From assembly GCA_030295235.1 (NCBI GenBank), contig AP026142.1, positions 248,001 through 312,000 of the forward strand: a DNA stretch of 64,000 nucleotides, read 5' to 3'. This document shows positions 51,945 through 62,730 of the stretch, one piece after another. This DNA is from Fistulifera solaris. Taxonomy: Eukaryota. A program made the position numbers and the translations under genes. Each line of letters opens with the position of its first letter. Position 1 is the stretch's first letter. The notes beneath the pieces are model-generated. The model saw only the letters and a list, made by a program, of their open reading frames with translations. It did not search any database and was not told the origin of the DNA.

Positions 51945-53162
51945 ATGACTCGTTTGGGCAAGAGTCCTGTTTGGAAACACCGCAAGACCAGTATGAAGCC
52001 CCTCTTGGTTTCGTTCAGTCTATTAATTGCGGCCGTGGCCTTCCTCAACATTTTGGTTTCCCTGAAAATCACATCACCTGTCCCAAAAGTTCCCTCCGAA
52101 TTGGTTCAACGAAGGAGCAACTCGACCTTGCAACAGAAAGATCCGTATCAAGTTATTTTCCCCAACGCCAATCTTCCTCCGTACACGGATTTTGCACCTC
52201 ATTTGAATGTGATTTGGAGTCGGGGATGGTACAACGCCGTTTCCTTACCGAAAGGTGTGCCCATGAGTTATTACAATGACAAAGGACGGACCGATATGAA
52301 AACCAACAACAATATATTGGCGAAAATCTTTCAAGCGGATGATGTGTGTCGTGCCGAATATGTTTGGGTGCGGGGACGTGATCTTGGATGGTTTGCGACG
52401 ACGTTGTTGCCAAAATTGCAGTGTCAAATCAATTTGATTACTTCGGATGCCCCCAATGATGTCCCAAAGAGCCTGGTGGGTGGACATCAAGTCTTGAGTT
52501 CGGACAAGATCATCAATTGGTACGCTCAAGACAAGGCCTCGGACATTGACAAAATCAAGCCCATTCCATTGGGAATTCCGATTCACTACGGATTCTCCGG
52601 TTCGCCCAACAGTTTGGATACCATTGAAAAAATGACCGATATTCGACAAAATGCACCCATTTTTGAAGAGCGCAGTCGCACAATTTACTACGACAAGGGC
52701 ACCATTGGTGGGTCTGGTCGTCGCACCATTGAACGAAGAGACGCTTTCAAAAAGTTGGAAAAATGCAACAATATACGAATCAACTCTGAAAAGGAACACG
52801 CACTGGAGTTTTGGAAAACACTTTCGTCGCATCAATTTGGAGTATGTGTGACGGGTGTTGGTTGGGATACCTTTCGCATTTGGGAAATGTTATTCTTCGG
52901 AGTGATTCCGATTGTCAAATCTTCGCCTCTGGATCTATTACTCATTCCAGCTCATGTCCCGGTTCTCATCGTCAAGGATTGGTCCGAGATCTGCAATTTA
53001 TCGGATGCAAAATACAATGAACTCATTGAAAAGTATCAAGGATGGATACAAAACGCTCATTACTGGCTGGAGCCGTCACTATGGATACCGAGAAACCAGA
53101 CTCGCATGGATCAATTATGCAAGGACTCGCCCGGATGTGAACAAAGGAAACTAAAGAATTGA
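51945..53162 (+). CDS. Type II membrane exostosin/GT47-like glycosyltransferase
   Basis: N-terminal TM, WYAQD...PIPLG, HQFGVCVTGVGWDTFRIWEMLFFGVIPIV. Confidence 0.7.
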   Translation: MTRLGKSPVWKHRKTSMKPLLVSFSLLIAAVAFLNILVSLKITSPVPKVPSELVQRRSNSTLQQKDPYQVIFPNANLPPYTDFAPHLNVIWSRGWYNAVSLPKGVPMSYYNDKGRTDMKTNNNILAKIFQADDVCRAEYVWVRGRDLGWFATTLLPKLQCQINLITSDAPNDVPKSLVGGHQVLSSDKIINWYAQDKASDIDKIKPIPLGIPIHYGFSGSPNSLDTIEKMTDIRQNAPIFEERSRTIYYDKGTIGGSGRRTIERRDAFKKLEKCNNIRINSEKEHALEFWKTLSSHQFGVCVTGVGWDTFRIWEMLFFGVIPIVKSSPLDLLLIPAHVPVLIVKDWSEICNLSDAKYNELIEKYQGWIQNAHYWLEPSLWIPRNQTRMDQLCKDSPGCEQRKLKN

Positions 53163-53255
53163 ATATTAGGTGTATTCGCACGGTGTAACAAGAGGGATAT
53201 TGGAAACTTTTGCCGGTTAAAAAATGTAAAAGGTTGAGCCTCTCGGTCGTTTCTA

Positions 53256-55056
53256 TTATATATTGATCGACGGCGGAACAAGAAGGTTGTTGATTTCATA
53301 AACAATGCCACGGAAAACAAGTCCCAATTGACGGTTCCTGTTGTCGTTGAAGAAAATTGCCGCTGCCTCGCGACGCAATCTTACATCTTCTCCTTGCCAA
53401 GAGACTATTCTTGTCGTCGTTCCCACTGGCAGTGTTTGGAAATTGATCAAGCGCACGAGTACGTGATAAAGAACCACTTGTTCGTTAATGTTGGCATTTC
53501 GAGGATCTCTCAAGAAGTTGAACGTATCATCCGGGATACCCACATCGGTAGGGGCAACAAGCGATCGGTCTTGTGTTGTTTGGAAAAACTCCTCAGCGTC
53601 AGCGGCAACGATGAGCGTGATGAACCTACTAAACGCTCCGGACTCGTCCATGTACGAGTATAGATTCAAAACAGCCGAAGGAGGCAACAGTACGCTGTCT
53701 ATATTGTGCAACACACCATCCGTAGCTCGTCGATCGGGTCGCACAATTAATGAAAGAACCGGTGATGACGTCACAACTCGGATCGAATCGTCTAGTTCGT
53801 TGTCGAACGATGTCGAGCCCCTGCTAACATACGTAGTTCAGTATCATTATCTGCCAGAGTATTCAAATCACTTAGGAAATAATCGTTGGCCACCAAATGG
53901 TACGCAACGAGATCGAATAAATGAAGCGCATAGTTTTGGTCAGAAACAAGAAGATCCAAATATTCGGGGTCAAACCCGGCAAATGCCGCATTCGTCGGGG
54001 CAAACACCGTATATATTTCGGTTGCCGGAGAGAGAATGTCGTCAATGCCGGACGCAACGATCGCCGTTTCAAAAACTGAAAGCTGAGGGTCGACTTGAAT
54101 AAGCTCAAGCAGTGTTCTGAAATCCGTCGGGGAACTCGATGGCGAGGTCGTCGGGGAAGTCGTCGGGGAACTTGTTGGAGATACAGTAGGGTTTGTGGTT
54201 GGGGATGTCGTCGGGGAACTCGACGGAGATCTACTGGGCTGCGGCACTGGCACCGGTGCGGGTACTGGAACTGGCACCGGTACGGGCACAGGAGCCGGAA
54301 CTGGAGCCGGTACGGGCACAGGAGCAGGCACGGGAGCCGGAACTGGAGCCGGTACGGGCACAGGAGCAGGTACGGGAGCCGGTGCGGGCACAGGAGCAGG
54401 TAAGGGTGCGGGCATAGGAGCAGGTACGGGAGCCGGAACTGGAGCCGGTGCGGGCACAGGAGCCGGTACGGGAGCCGGAACTGGAGCCGGTACGGGCACA
54501 GGAGCAGGCACGGGAGCCGGAACTGGAGCCGGTACGGGCACAGGAACTGGAGCCGGTGCGGGCACAGGAACTGGTACGGGAGCCGGAACGGGCAAAGGAA
54601 CAGGGACGGGTGCGATAACCGGTGATGAGGGCGTCGGTACCGTGGGTGTTGGCACAGGAGCAACTACCGGCATCGAAGGAGTCGGAAGAGGTGCAATGAC
54701 GGGTGAAGGAGCTATCGGAGAAGGCATCGGAAGGGGTGAAACCACCGGCGACGATGGCAGAGGGGCAACTGCCGGCGAAGATGGCACAGGGGCAACTACC
54801 GGCGAAGATGGCACAGGGCAACTACCGGTGCCGATGGAACCGGAACTGTTGGTGGAACAACTGGGCTTGGTGTTGGCAAAGACATGCTGCTGTCGATTTG
54901 GAGATATCGCATCCAAAAAGCGCTATCCCGGCCTTCATTTTGTTCATCGTGCTTAGTCTTGGTTTGTCTCAACCTACTTTCCGCTGTGACCTGATTTCTC
55001 AGAGAGACACTCAATAGAATAGAAATTGAAAGAGAAAAAGACTTCATGGCTGTCAT
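53256..55056 (-). CDS. Secreted fasciclin (2x FAS1) protein with long Pro-Ala-Pro-Val repeat stalk; frameshifts near 54818 and 53815
   Basis: Signal peptide, FWMRYLQ..SMS, PAPV repeats, [11 protein letters not shown]...[40 protein letters not shown]. Confidence 0.88.
54243..54620 (-). repeat. Coding minisatellite (6/12-bp modules) encoding (PAPV)n
   Basis: Recurring ggagccggaactggagccggtacgggcaca units on the plus strand. Confidence 0.9.
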
Positions 55057-55661
55057 AGCGATTTCTTTGCTGAAACAAAGCTTCGCATGGAAGTTATGTC
55101 TTTTTTCTTCATGTCCAAAAAAATGAGCGAGTGAAATGGAGGTGCGCGAAGCGCGCCAGGCGGACAAAGAGTTTCCTTACATAAGAATACCCTTGCCGAC
55201 GCAAAGGCGCGAACATTGAATTTCCTAAGTGAAGTGACTGGCGTCACGCAACTTTGTGCTTACTACGCTATACAATGACTCCTTTCGACGTTTCGTATCT
55301 TAAGTATTTTCTTTCCATTTTTGTATCGCCTGTACTCTACTAGGAACTGATATCCTCTTTTCTTTTTAGTAAAAAAGAACCGGTACGATGTATCTTTCCA
55401 TTGTCTTTTCAGCAATAAAAAACAACTGGGACTTATGACTGGTGACTGACTTGTGACTGATGACTGTGATGAAAAACGCAGAAAGGTGTCGTTGTTCTTT
55501 TTGTAGGCTTTTGAAGAAGACTAATTTGAGTGAATGGATCACCACAATCAAGAGCTGAAAAGTATTTACTTCGATTCTTGTTGAAAATAAGGTTGAAAGT
55601 CAGTTGATGAAATAGAAACTCAAGTAAGCAAAGGGCGGGCAACATCTTTTGCAACGAAGAA

Positions 55662-57665
55662 ATGGACTCTCCCTCGACGATTCGATCTTCGACATCGCGT
55701 CGAAGCTTGCACCGCAAACCGCCATCACTCTCTCGCTATCAATCGAAGCCTATCACAAAACATTATGAAGTCAATAATCAGATTTTGAAAGCGTTTGACA
55801 CGAATTACGAGCAGAAACACTATGACGTGGCGTATGCCTTGGGCATGCAATTTGTGGAAACGGCTTTGCTCGAAATACCCAAACATGGTTACTTTTACAG
55901 TCAACGACACGAAAGGGATCGTATGCAGAGTGCATTGGATGCTGTTCGAGTGACACAAACATTGCAAGAGCTCGAGACAAGCGTACAAATCCCTCCGACA
56001 GCGCGATTCCGCGTCGAACGTTTGGCACTTTTGGCCCTGGAACAAGTGGAGCAAGCGAGCAACGACCAAGCGTGCACGGCATTGGAGAGTGCCAAGACCT
56101 TTGAGATACATCGTGCGCAGACAGAAGCGGAATTAAAACAACAGGACCAAAAAGAATCCAGCTGGGCATGTGAGCCGCTCTTGGCATTAGCGGAAAGTCT
56201 TTCTGGATTGGCATTGAATCCTTGTTGCGATCGACAACAACCGTCTCAGCAATCAGCTTCAGCTTTGCAACCAGCTCCTTTAAAGAAAAGGCTTAGTCTT
56301 ATAGAAGATGATTACGTTCCACCCAAGTCAGTACCTCCTCCCAAAAAACCTCCATCGCCGTCTTCCCGAATACGTTTGCTTCCAGAATCACCCACGGCGT
56401 CAATTATACGTTTTAATTCGGATTCACCAATCAGTTCACAAATACGCTTGACTCCAGAATCTCCAACAGTCCGCTTCAAGTCGGAGTCACCGACGGGCTC
56501 ACAATTACTCTTGAATCCAGAATCTTCGTCATCTAATCTAAGAATACGCTTGAATTCACTGGAATCTCCAACTGCAAATACAACCACAATACGCTTGGGC
56601 TCGGTGCGCGAGCAGAAGCTAGAACCACCGGGACTCAAAAGGTCGAAGCAATCGGCAGCGTCAATTGAATCCACAGAATCGGATCTTGAAAGAGCGTTGT
56701 TCTTATCCGGTCTTGAGATATCGTTTCTCGATATCCCTCCTCCTTTGTTGCCCGAATCATCCGTGTCCATGTCATTGATAGAACTACAACGCACCAAATC
56801 CCAGGAATCATCCTTTGGAATGGGTAAATCTCAGATTCTTCAGTTTCAGACCCTTTGTTCTCTTTACCATGAAGACTTTGGGGCATCCATTCGGGAGGGT
56901 CGCATATGGATCAGTTATATTAACACGTATCAAGGACGCATGGTGGCCTCCACGAACGGATGTACGATTATTGCGCCTTTGCTGTGCATGCATCATTTGA
57001 TTGAGACCGATGGCCCTCTCCCTTATTCGGGAATACCGGATGATGACATTGAACAAGCGATCGATAAAGAAACTCCCATCATCCTGACCGAACTCCGACA
57101 GGAACTTGGTTTGTTGGAACATGCCTTCTTGATCCCTTCGGACGCGCACCATTACTTGATTCAAAACGGACAGCTTTCGGACAAGCAGTTTTTGACCGTT
57201 CTCGGTGGTAATGTGTTGGATGATTCGCACCTCCAAGCGTTTGTGGACGCGCTCCGTGATATTGAGCACAAGTACAAGAAAATGGCCGCTACTTTCTACT
57301 TTCATGAGCATGTCATCTCGATCTTACAAGTACGCAGATCATCGACGGTAACCTGGTACGATGTGATCGATAGTTTACCATCCAAAGAATTTTTAAAATG
57401 GCCCGAAGAAAGCATACAGGAGTTCCACATTCGATATGGGTTAAGCTTATCGGAAGAAGAGTTTTTTCAAACTTCGCTACTTCGAACGGCCCGCATACGT
57501 TGCACCAATGCCGATGCGTTAACTACGTGTCTCCGGTGGTACGCTTGCAGTAAATTTACCCACGACAACATCAAGTTCATAGACCAGTATGCCTGGGATG
57601 AAAAATCGTGCGATTTTGACCCAAGGGTTTTTCAAGGCTTTGTTTGGATAGACCACCCGCAATAA
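55662..57665 (+). CDS. 667-aa protein: USP8/AMSH-like N-terminal helical domain, Ser/Pro repeats, putative papain-fold (tegument-like) peptidase/deubiquitinase domain
   Basis: Intact ORF. AYALGMQFVETALLEIPKHGY in the N-terminus. YQGR....NGCTIIA / FHEHV / IDSLP in the C-terminus. Confidence 0.7.
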   Translation: MDSPSTIRSSTSRRSLHRKPPSLSRYQSKPITKHYEVNNQILKAFDTNYEQKHYDVAYALGMQFVETALLEIPKHGYFYSQRHERDRMQSALDAVRVTQTLQELETSVQIPPTARFRVERLALLALEQVEQASNDQACTALESAKTFEIHRAQTEAELKQQDQKESSWACEPLLALAESLSGLALNPCCDRQQPSQQSASALQPAPLKKRLSLIEDDYVPPKSVPPPKKPPSPSSRIRLLPESPTASIIRFNSDSPISSQIRLTPESPTVRFKSESPTGSQLLLNPESSSSNLRIRLNSLESPTANTTTIRLGSVREQKLEPPGLKRSKQSAASIESTESDLERALFLSGLEISFLDIPPPLLPESSVSMSLIELQRTKSQESSFGMGKSQILQFQTLCSLYHEDFGASIREGRIWISYINTYQGRMVASTNGCTIIAPLLCMHHLIETDGPLPYSGIPDDDIEQAIDKETPIILTELRQELGLLEHAFLIPSDAHHYLIQNGQLSDKQFLTVLGGNVLDDSHLQAFVDALRDIEHKYKKMAATFYFHEHVISILQVRRSSTVTWYDVIDSLPSKEFLKWPEESIQEFHIRYGLSLSEEEFFQTSLLRTARIRCTNADALTTCLRWYACSKFTHDNIKFIDQYAWDEKSCDFDPRVFQGFVWIDHPQ

Positions 57666-57773
57666 AACTGCTCTTGTGTCTCTATTCCGTTAATCTATAA
57701 TGGCAAAATACCAAATTAAACGCTAGTATATCTATTGAAAGAAATCGCTTGACAATTTGTAGGAAATATTTCT

Positions 57774-58592
57774 TCATAGCGGATCAATATCGGCCAGAAT
57801 TCTTTGCAACTCGGCATCGTTCAGCTCTCCGCCATTAGATGGCACCTCGTGGTCAACAACGTTGAGCCGTCGGGCTGCTATCTCATATGGATCCACTCGG
57901 TTACCCCAATCATCACGAGGATGAGGCGGGTTGAGCCAGAACGAGCCCGGCGTCGCAATATCGTCAATGGAAAAGTCCACAACCTCGCCCACCACCGCAT
58001 CCGCCAAGGTGTCATTGTCGTTGGAGTCCAGTAACAATCGTACCACTCTCATTCCGGCCGCACGGGCCGCTCTCGTTTGATCCAAAGTGTGTGTAAGGAC
58101 CACCGATCGCTGCGGTAACGGATGCCGTTCCGGTTCCAAATGCTGTCGTCTCGCGAATCCAGAGGATCCCCCAAAGGCTTTAGGCTGAATTGACAGGGCT
58201 TCGAGAGCCCGTAACAAGTCCCTGGGATTGGGAGGGACTTGCGTTTCGGTCAGCAACACTTGAAGATCGCCAATCGGAAACATCAGATTTTGTTGGACGT
58301 TATCCTGTATTGTTGTGTCGTCTTCCACGAGCATTATCACGGCGGTGTCATCCTCTCGACATTGTTCGACGAGTTCATCCAGACCGCTACGCCAGGAGGA
58401 ACGGGCTTCATTCCAAACTACGGGAGATCCATACAGTATTAATGCTTCAGGCAAATCGATGTTCCTGACCATCTGACACACTAATTGACTACATGGATGT
58501 GATCGTCGCACAACGAAGGAACATGCCATCGAAACAAGGCAGCAAAATTGGAGAACTCGCCATCGATCTTTGCGCGTAAGTGTTAGAAACAT
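57774..58592 (-). CDS. HAD-like fold protein, probably plastid-targeted
   Basis: Signal peptide ending ACSFVV. PQRSVV.....TRAARAAGMRVV resembles HAD motif IV region, but there is no clear DxD motif. Confidence 0.65.
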   Translation of the reverse strand: MFLTLTRKDRWRVLQFCCLVSMACSFVVRRSHPCSQLVCQMVRNIDLPEALILYGSPVVWNEARSSWRSGLDELVEQCREDDTAVIMLVEDDTTIQDNVQQNLMFPIGDLQVLLTETQVPPNPRDLLRALEALSIQPKAFGGSSGFARRQHLEPERHPLPQRSVVLTHTLDQTRAARAAGMRVVRLLLDSNDNDTLADAVVGEVVDFSIDDIATPGSFWLNPPHPRDDWGNRVDPYEIAARRLNVVDHEVPSNGGELNDAELQRILADIDPL

Positions 58593-59033
58593 TTTATGAA
58601 GCCTTGTAGTGGATAAATCTACACGTTAACTTCTTGTCAATGATGCGCTTGTTCAAAGTCTTCACGCCGTCGAAATGTGGAATTACAAGCGCGTGACGGT
58701 GTGACAAGGACATCGAGATGCGCGTCAACAAGAAACGCACTCCAAATGCTCACAGTCTGTCTTCGATTGTGACTTCTTTTTATTTAGATGATGTTTGAAA
58801 TTCTGCAGCATTGTAAATGTCTTTCCCGCCATTTCACGAAATCCTAATTAGGCAAAAAAATTTCGAGGTCCCACTCAATTCGCTAAGTACAAAACTCAAA
58901 TAGATGCTCTGACGCCGGCCCACCTCCTCGCCGAAACCAAGTAAATCCAAGAACTCACTCATCTTTCGCGACAACAATCTTCCTTTCCAAAAAAGTGAGG
59001 TATCGTCTCAGTTTGTTCCTATCACTCATTACC

Positions 59034-59983
59034 ATGACTTCTGGGTCTGTTATTTTAGCCTTCCTACTTGTGCTCGCCCAGTCAACGGCTATGCAGAGTG
59101 TCATCGAGATTGCAAATTCGGGTGAATTTTCGGTTCTCAACACCCTGCTCGAACACACTGCAGAACCAGAAGGCGAACTCTTTTGCAAAGTATATTTCAA
59201 GAGAGTCGGCCCCTTACGTTATTCTTCGCTCGTGATGCTGGGTTTTCCGAATTAAAAGCATCCCAGTACTTGGCGAAACTGATGCTTCCCTCCTATCGCA
59301 TGCATCTTTATAGCTTGATGTCCTATCAAATTGCCGACCAGTCCATGAGAGAGGTTCTAGAACAGCCACCCGACCAAAATAAACCTTTCTTAACTAAGAA
59401 TCTTTGTGGTGCGAACATTGTCATTTACAGAGAAACGGACACTACTGTCATCGTGAATACGGCAAATAAGGAAAGCCCAGCCGTCATGGAAAATCCGATA
59501 CCCACAAGCGACAACGCCATCGTCGTCCCAACCGACAATGTGATGTTTCCCAACTGGATCACGATGGATCTGTATGCTTTCATGGTTGAACACGATGCGT
59601 ATACATCCATCAGCACCTTTACTACCTTTTCCTCCTTGTTGATCGCTGGCAACATGGACGACACAGTGAGAGAAAGCACCGATTTGACTTTGTTTGCACC
59701 CGTCAATCAGGGCTTATCCGATGAGCTAGTGGAAGATCTGTTAGAAAGACCCGACGCTCTGGCCGACTTTCTGAAGCATCACATGGTGTCGGAAGTATTC
59801 AACGTGCGCGACTTGACAGAGGTGCAGCTACTACATACCGTTTTAGGAGAATGCGTCCTTGTCAATCCGACGGAAAAGCGCGGTGTACTTATTGGTGAAT
59901 CACAACTGAAGGGATACCAGCTTGTGCGGGAAGGAATTCTGTACAAAATGAGTGATGCCTTGATTCCACCATCATGGCGATAA
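59034..59983 (+). CDS. Secreted fasciclin (2x FAS1) protein; frameshift near 59182
   Basis: Signal MTSGSVILAFLLVLAQ, LTLFFARDAGF, LTLFAPVNQG..FLKHH, GILYKMSDALIPP. Confidence 0.82.
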
Positions 59984-60130
59984 TTAGCGAATAGAAGCAA
60001 ACGCCAAGTACCATATTGGCGCTTTGAAAGCAGCCTCAATGTGTTTGCAAATACTTTATTTATATAAACCCTTTTGATAACTTACACGCATCTTACTAAG
60101 TTATTTCTTTTTTTCTACGAACACCAGTAT

Positions 60131-60584
60131 TTATCCCCGAACCATGGCCTCCTTCTGCGTGAGACAGAGGCCGCATCTCGGATAGAGCGTCAGTCCGGCA
60201 ACGGACACTGCCACTGGAACTTCTTCGTTGCAAGGCATAGCACACGACATAACAGCACAGCAAGCGTGAACTTGTCCATTGATGATGCTGCATCCATCGC
60301 ATTCGGGCTTGCACCCGACGCAACAAAACGGAAAGAGCAGAGGCGCGCCAGGTTTGCAACACAGTTCTGCATTGCAGCAGCAAACACCAGCCTTTATTGA
60401 TAACGTGGAGGGTGAGCTATAAAAGTCGCACAATTAATTGGTTCAAATCGCCACACAATGAACCACTCACTTTTCCCGAGCATCCCCAACAATCGCAAGC
60501 CGGGTAGACAGAAAGGTTTACACAGCAAAGTGCGCAACAGAGAATGACTTTCTCCTCATCGACAGCATCGTCATGAATTTTCAT
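60131..60584 (-). CDS. Small cysteine-rich protein, 124 aa, 2 exons (60471-60584, 60131-60391)
   Basis: GT-AG intron 60392-60470. Product MKIHDDAVDEEKVILCCALCC...GCSGK|AGVCCC... has 23 Cys and no signal peptide. Confidence 0.85.
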
Positions 60585-61087
60585 TTTTATTGTATTTGCG
60601 ACGATTGATTGAATTCAATGGCTCCAATCAAAAATGTGTTGACATTCGTTGTGTGAGAATCACAAACTTTCGAAGAAGAAAAAGTGAGACGGAGTACAAG
60701 TATCTAGTATTTATCATGTACTGTACAAGGTATCTCATTGAAATCCAGCGAACAACCGATTACTTTGTACAGCACTGTTAGTGTCGGACTGGTAACGATA
60801 GAAATACGGACTTGAATAGCTCGAAGTTGCAAGACTAAATTAAGCTGTGCAATTTCGAGTTCCAGCAGAAAAGTTGTTACCCGGAGTATATATTACCATC
60901 TTGAATCAGGCTATCCTCTAGAGACTGTTCTTCGAACAGTAATAAACGGTGATGGAGCAGCGATTTATCAGCCTGTCGACAGGTGCTCATCGAACAACAT
61001 AGTTCTGGCCAACGGAAGGACAGCAAAATACAAGACTTGTGTTTCCAACAGATCACGCGACTCCAATGCCTATTCGCGGCTCACAAT

Positions 61088-62389
61088 TCACGATGCCGTA
61101 AACGTAAAATGTTCTTGAAACACTTGAACCTTCTTTCGGTACTTTGGATCGAAGCGTTCTCCAAACGCAAAAACGGTTGAAGATGTTTCGGTGTCGTTCA
61201 AAAATACCCAAGCCCTTTCAATCCACGGATTCGGTTCCACATCAGGCAGATGCACCAACAATTTGTGCACGACGGGAACTGCGTTAGTCTCCAACGAGTA
61301 CGTAGTGGAAGCGGGCAAGTTCCGAAACAACCAACTCTCTTCCTCGTCCCAACATGTCATGGTCCGACCTGTTTCGTGGACTTCACAAAACGAATTACCC
61401 CTTCCCATGACCAAAGCCCGTGGAAGTATTTGCGTAAAAGTGGATCGCATCCCCGCCACCAGTACATCAGCATGCGCCAAGAGAGCCATATCCATCATAC
61501 TCGACTGCCATCCTTGAAAGCATGGTTCACCGCGATCCCACGCTTGATACGAAACACCTTGTGCCGGCCGATTCTGTGGAAGCCAAACTACGGGAATGCC
61601 GGGATATTCGCTAGCAGCATCGTGACAAGCTGTTTGTACCATTGGAATGACACGTTCGGTATCGGTCGCCAGAAACAACAAAGCTGGTCGACTCCACTGC
61701 TGTTCCGCCGTATATTTTCGCAACAAATAGCACAAGTCGTTGACAAAGGTGGTGGTATTTCCAATTCCGCGTCCCGACGCGGCAAAATGATCTTCTTCCC
61801 CATTTCCTTCTCGCACATGCAATCCAATGACAGTATGCCTATCAAATTGCTGTAGCAACGGCAGCGCCGTGCGTTTCATAAAACGATCGAGCAACTCTTG
61901 AAACAAGATACGATCGAACCTCAATTTCTTCTTCCACGGATTGTTCTTATTGTCGGTACGATAGTGCTGCGGTATTTCGACGCGCGCATTCTTATAACTC
62001 TGTCCCGCCGCATAGCCCGCGACATCGTTTCGTACTAAAATTTGTCGATTGCGATAATCCTTCCGGCTCGTTGGAGTCGTCCGTAGTATCAACCGATGTG
62101 TCCCGAACAAAAACGCAAACACGTCGATCGCCGTCTGACAGGATCCTCCATGCAATTCCATCACCGGAAGATCCAAAGTCTGAGTCAAATGATACGCCGC
62201 CGAAAGTTTACTCAGACGATGTCCCAAACCAAATTGTGCGACATAATACAATCGATTCACTTCTTCCTTCATCAATGGGTCATTGTGCGTTGAAATGTCC
62301 CAACGCGCCAGGAAAGAATATTGCGCAAACGTCAAAACAGCCACGCAACCACTCAGGACAGTGGCCGCCGCCGTGCGTCCTGATACCAT
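61088..62389 (-). CDS. Type II membrane fucosyltransferase-like protein (GT23/NodZ/O-FucT fold)
   Basis: N-terminal TM, GLGHRL, IGLHVREGNGE, LFLATD, DMALLAHAD.L....STF. Confidence 0.78.
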   Translation of the reverse strand: MVSGRTAAATVLSGCVAVLTFAQYSFLARWDISTHNDPLMKEEVNRLYYVAQFGLGHRLSKLSAAYHLTQTLDLPVMELHGGSCQTAIDVFAFLFGTHRLILRTTPTSRKDYRNRQILVRNDVAGYAAGQSYKNARVEIPQHYRTDNKNNPWKKKLRFDRILFQELLDRFMKRTALPLLQQFDRHTVIGLHVREGNGEEDHFAASGRGIGNTTTFVNDLCYLLRKYTAEQQWSRPALLFLATDTERVIPMVQTACHDAASEYPGIPVVWLPQNRPAQGVSYQAWDRGEPCFQGWQSSMMDMALLAHADVLVAGMRSTFTQILPRALVMGRGNSFCEVHETGRTMTCWDEEESWLFRNLPASTTYSLETNAVPVVHKLLVHLPDVEPNPWIERAWVFLNDTETSSTVFAFGERFDPKYRKKVQVFQEHFTFTAS

Positions 62390-62730
62390 GATCCTACTGC
62401 TATTTCATTCTTCCTGTCTTTGCGGAAGGAAAGCACAACGAATAATTATTTATAAATAAAAGAAAAGAAAAAAAGAAATCATCACAACCAAAGGCAGAAG
62501 CGGATTTGTTGACAACCTCCTGCTATTACGTATTCATACTACAGCAAAAAGGGAACGACGTGCAAAAAGTAATGCAAAGGGGCACCTGGGTGTGCGGTCG
62601 ACGGGAAGACAACACGGTAGATTGCATGATTATTATTACTCCGTTCATTTCTCTTTTTTTTGCTTTCTATAATATTATTTGTTATTTCAACCGGAGGTCA
62701 TTTTCATTATTTCAGAATCATCGATTAACA

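Noticed and set aside
54243..54620. CRISPR-like array
   Set aside because: No unique spacers. It is a coding tandem repeat in a eukaryotic gene.
54195..54956. Gly/Thr/Ala-rich plus-strand ORF and other overlapping repeat ORFs
   Set aside because: Antisense or alternate-frame shadows of the fasciclin PAPV minisatellite.
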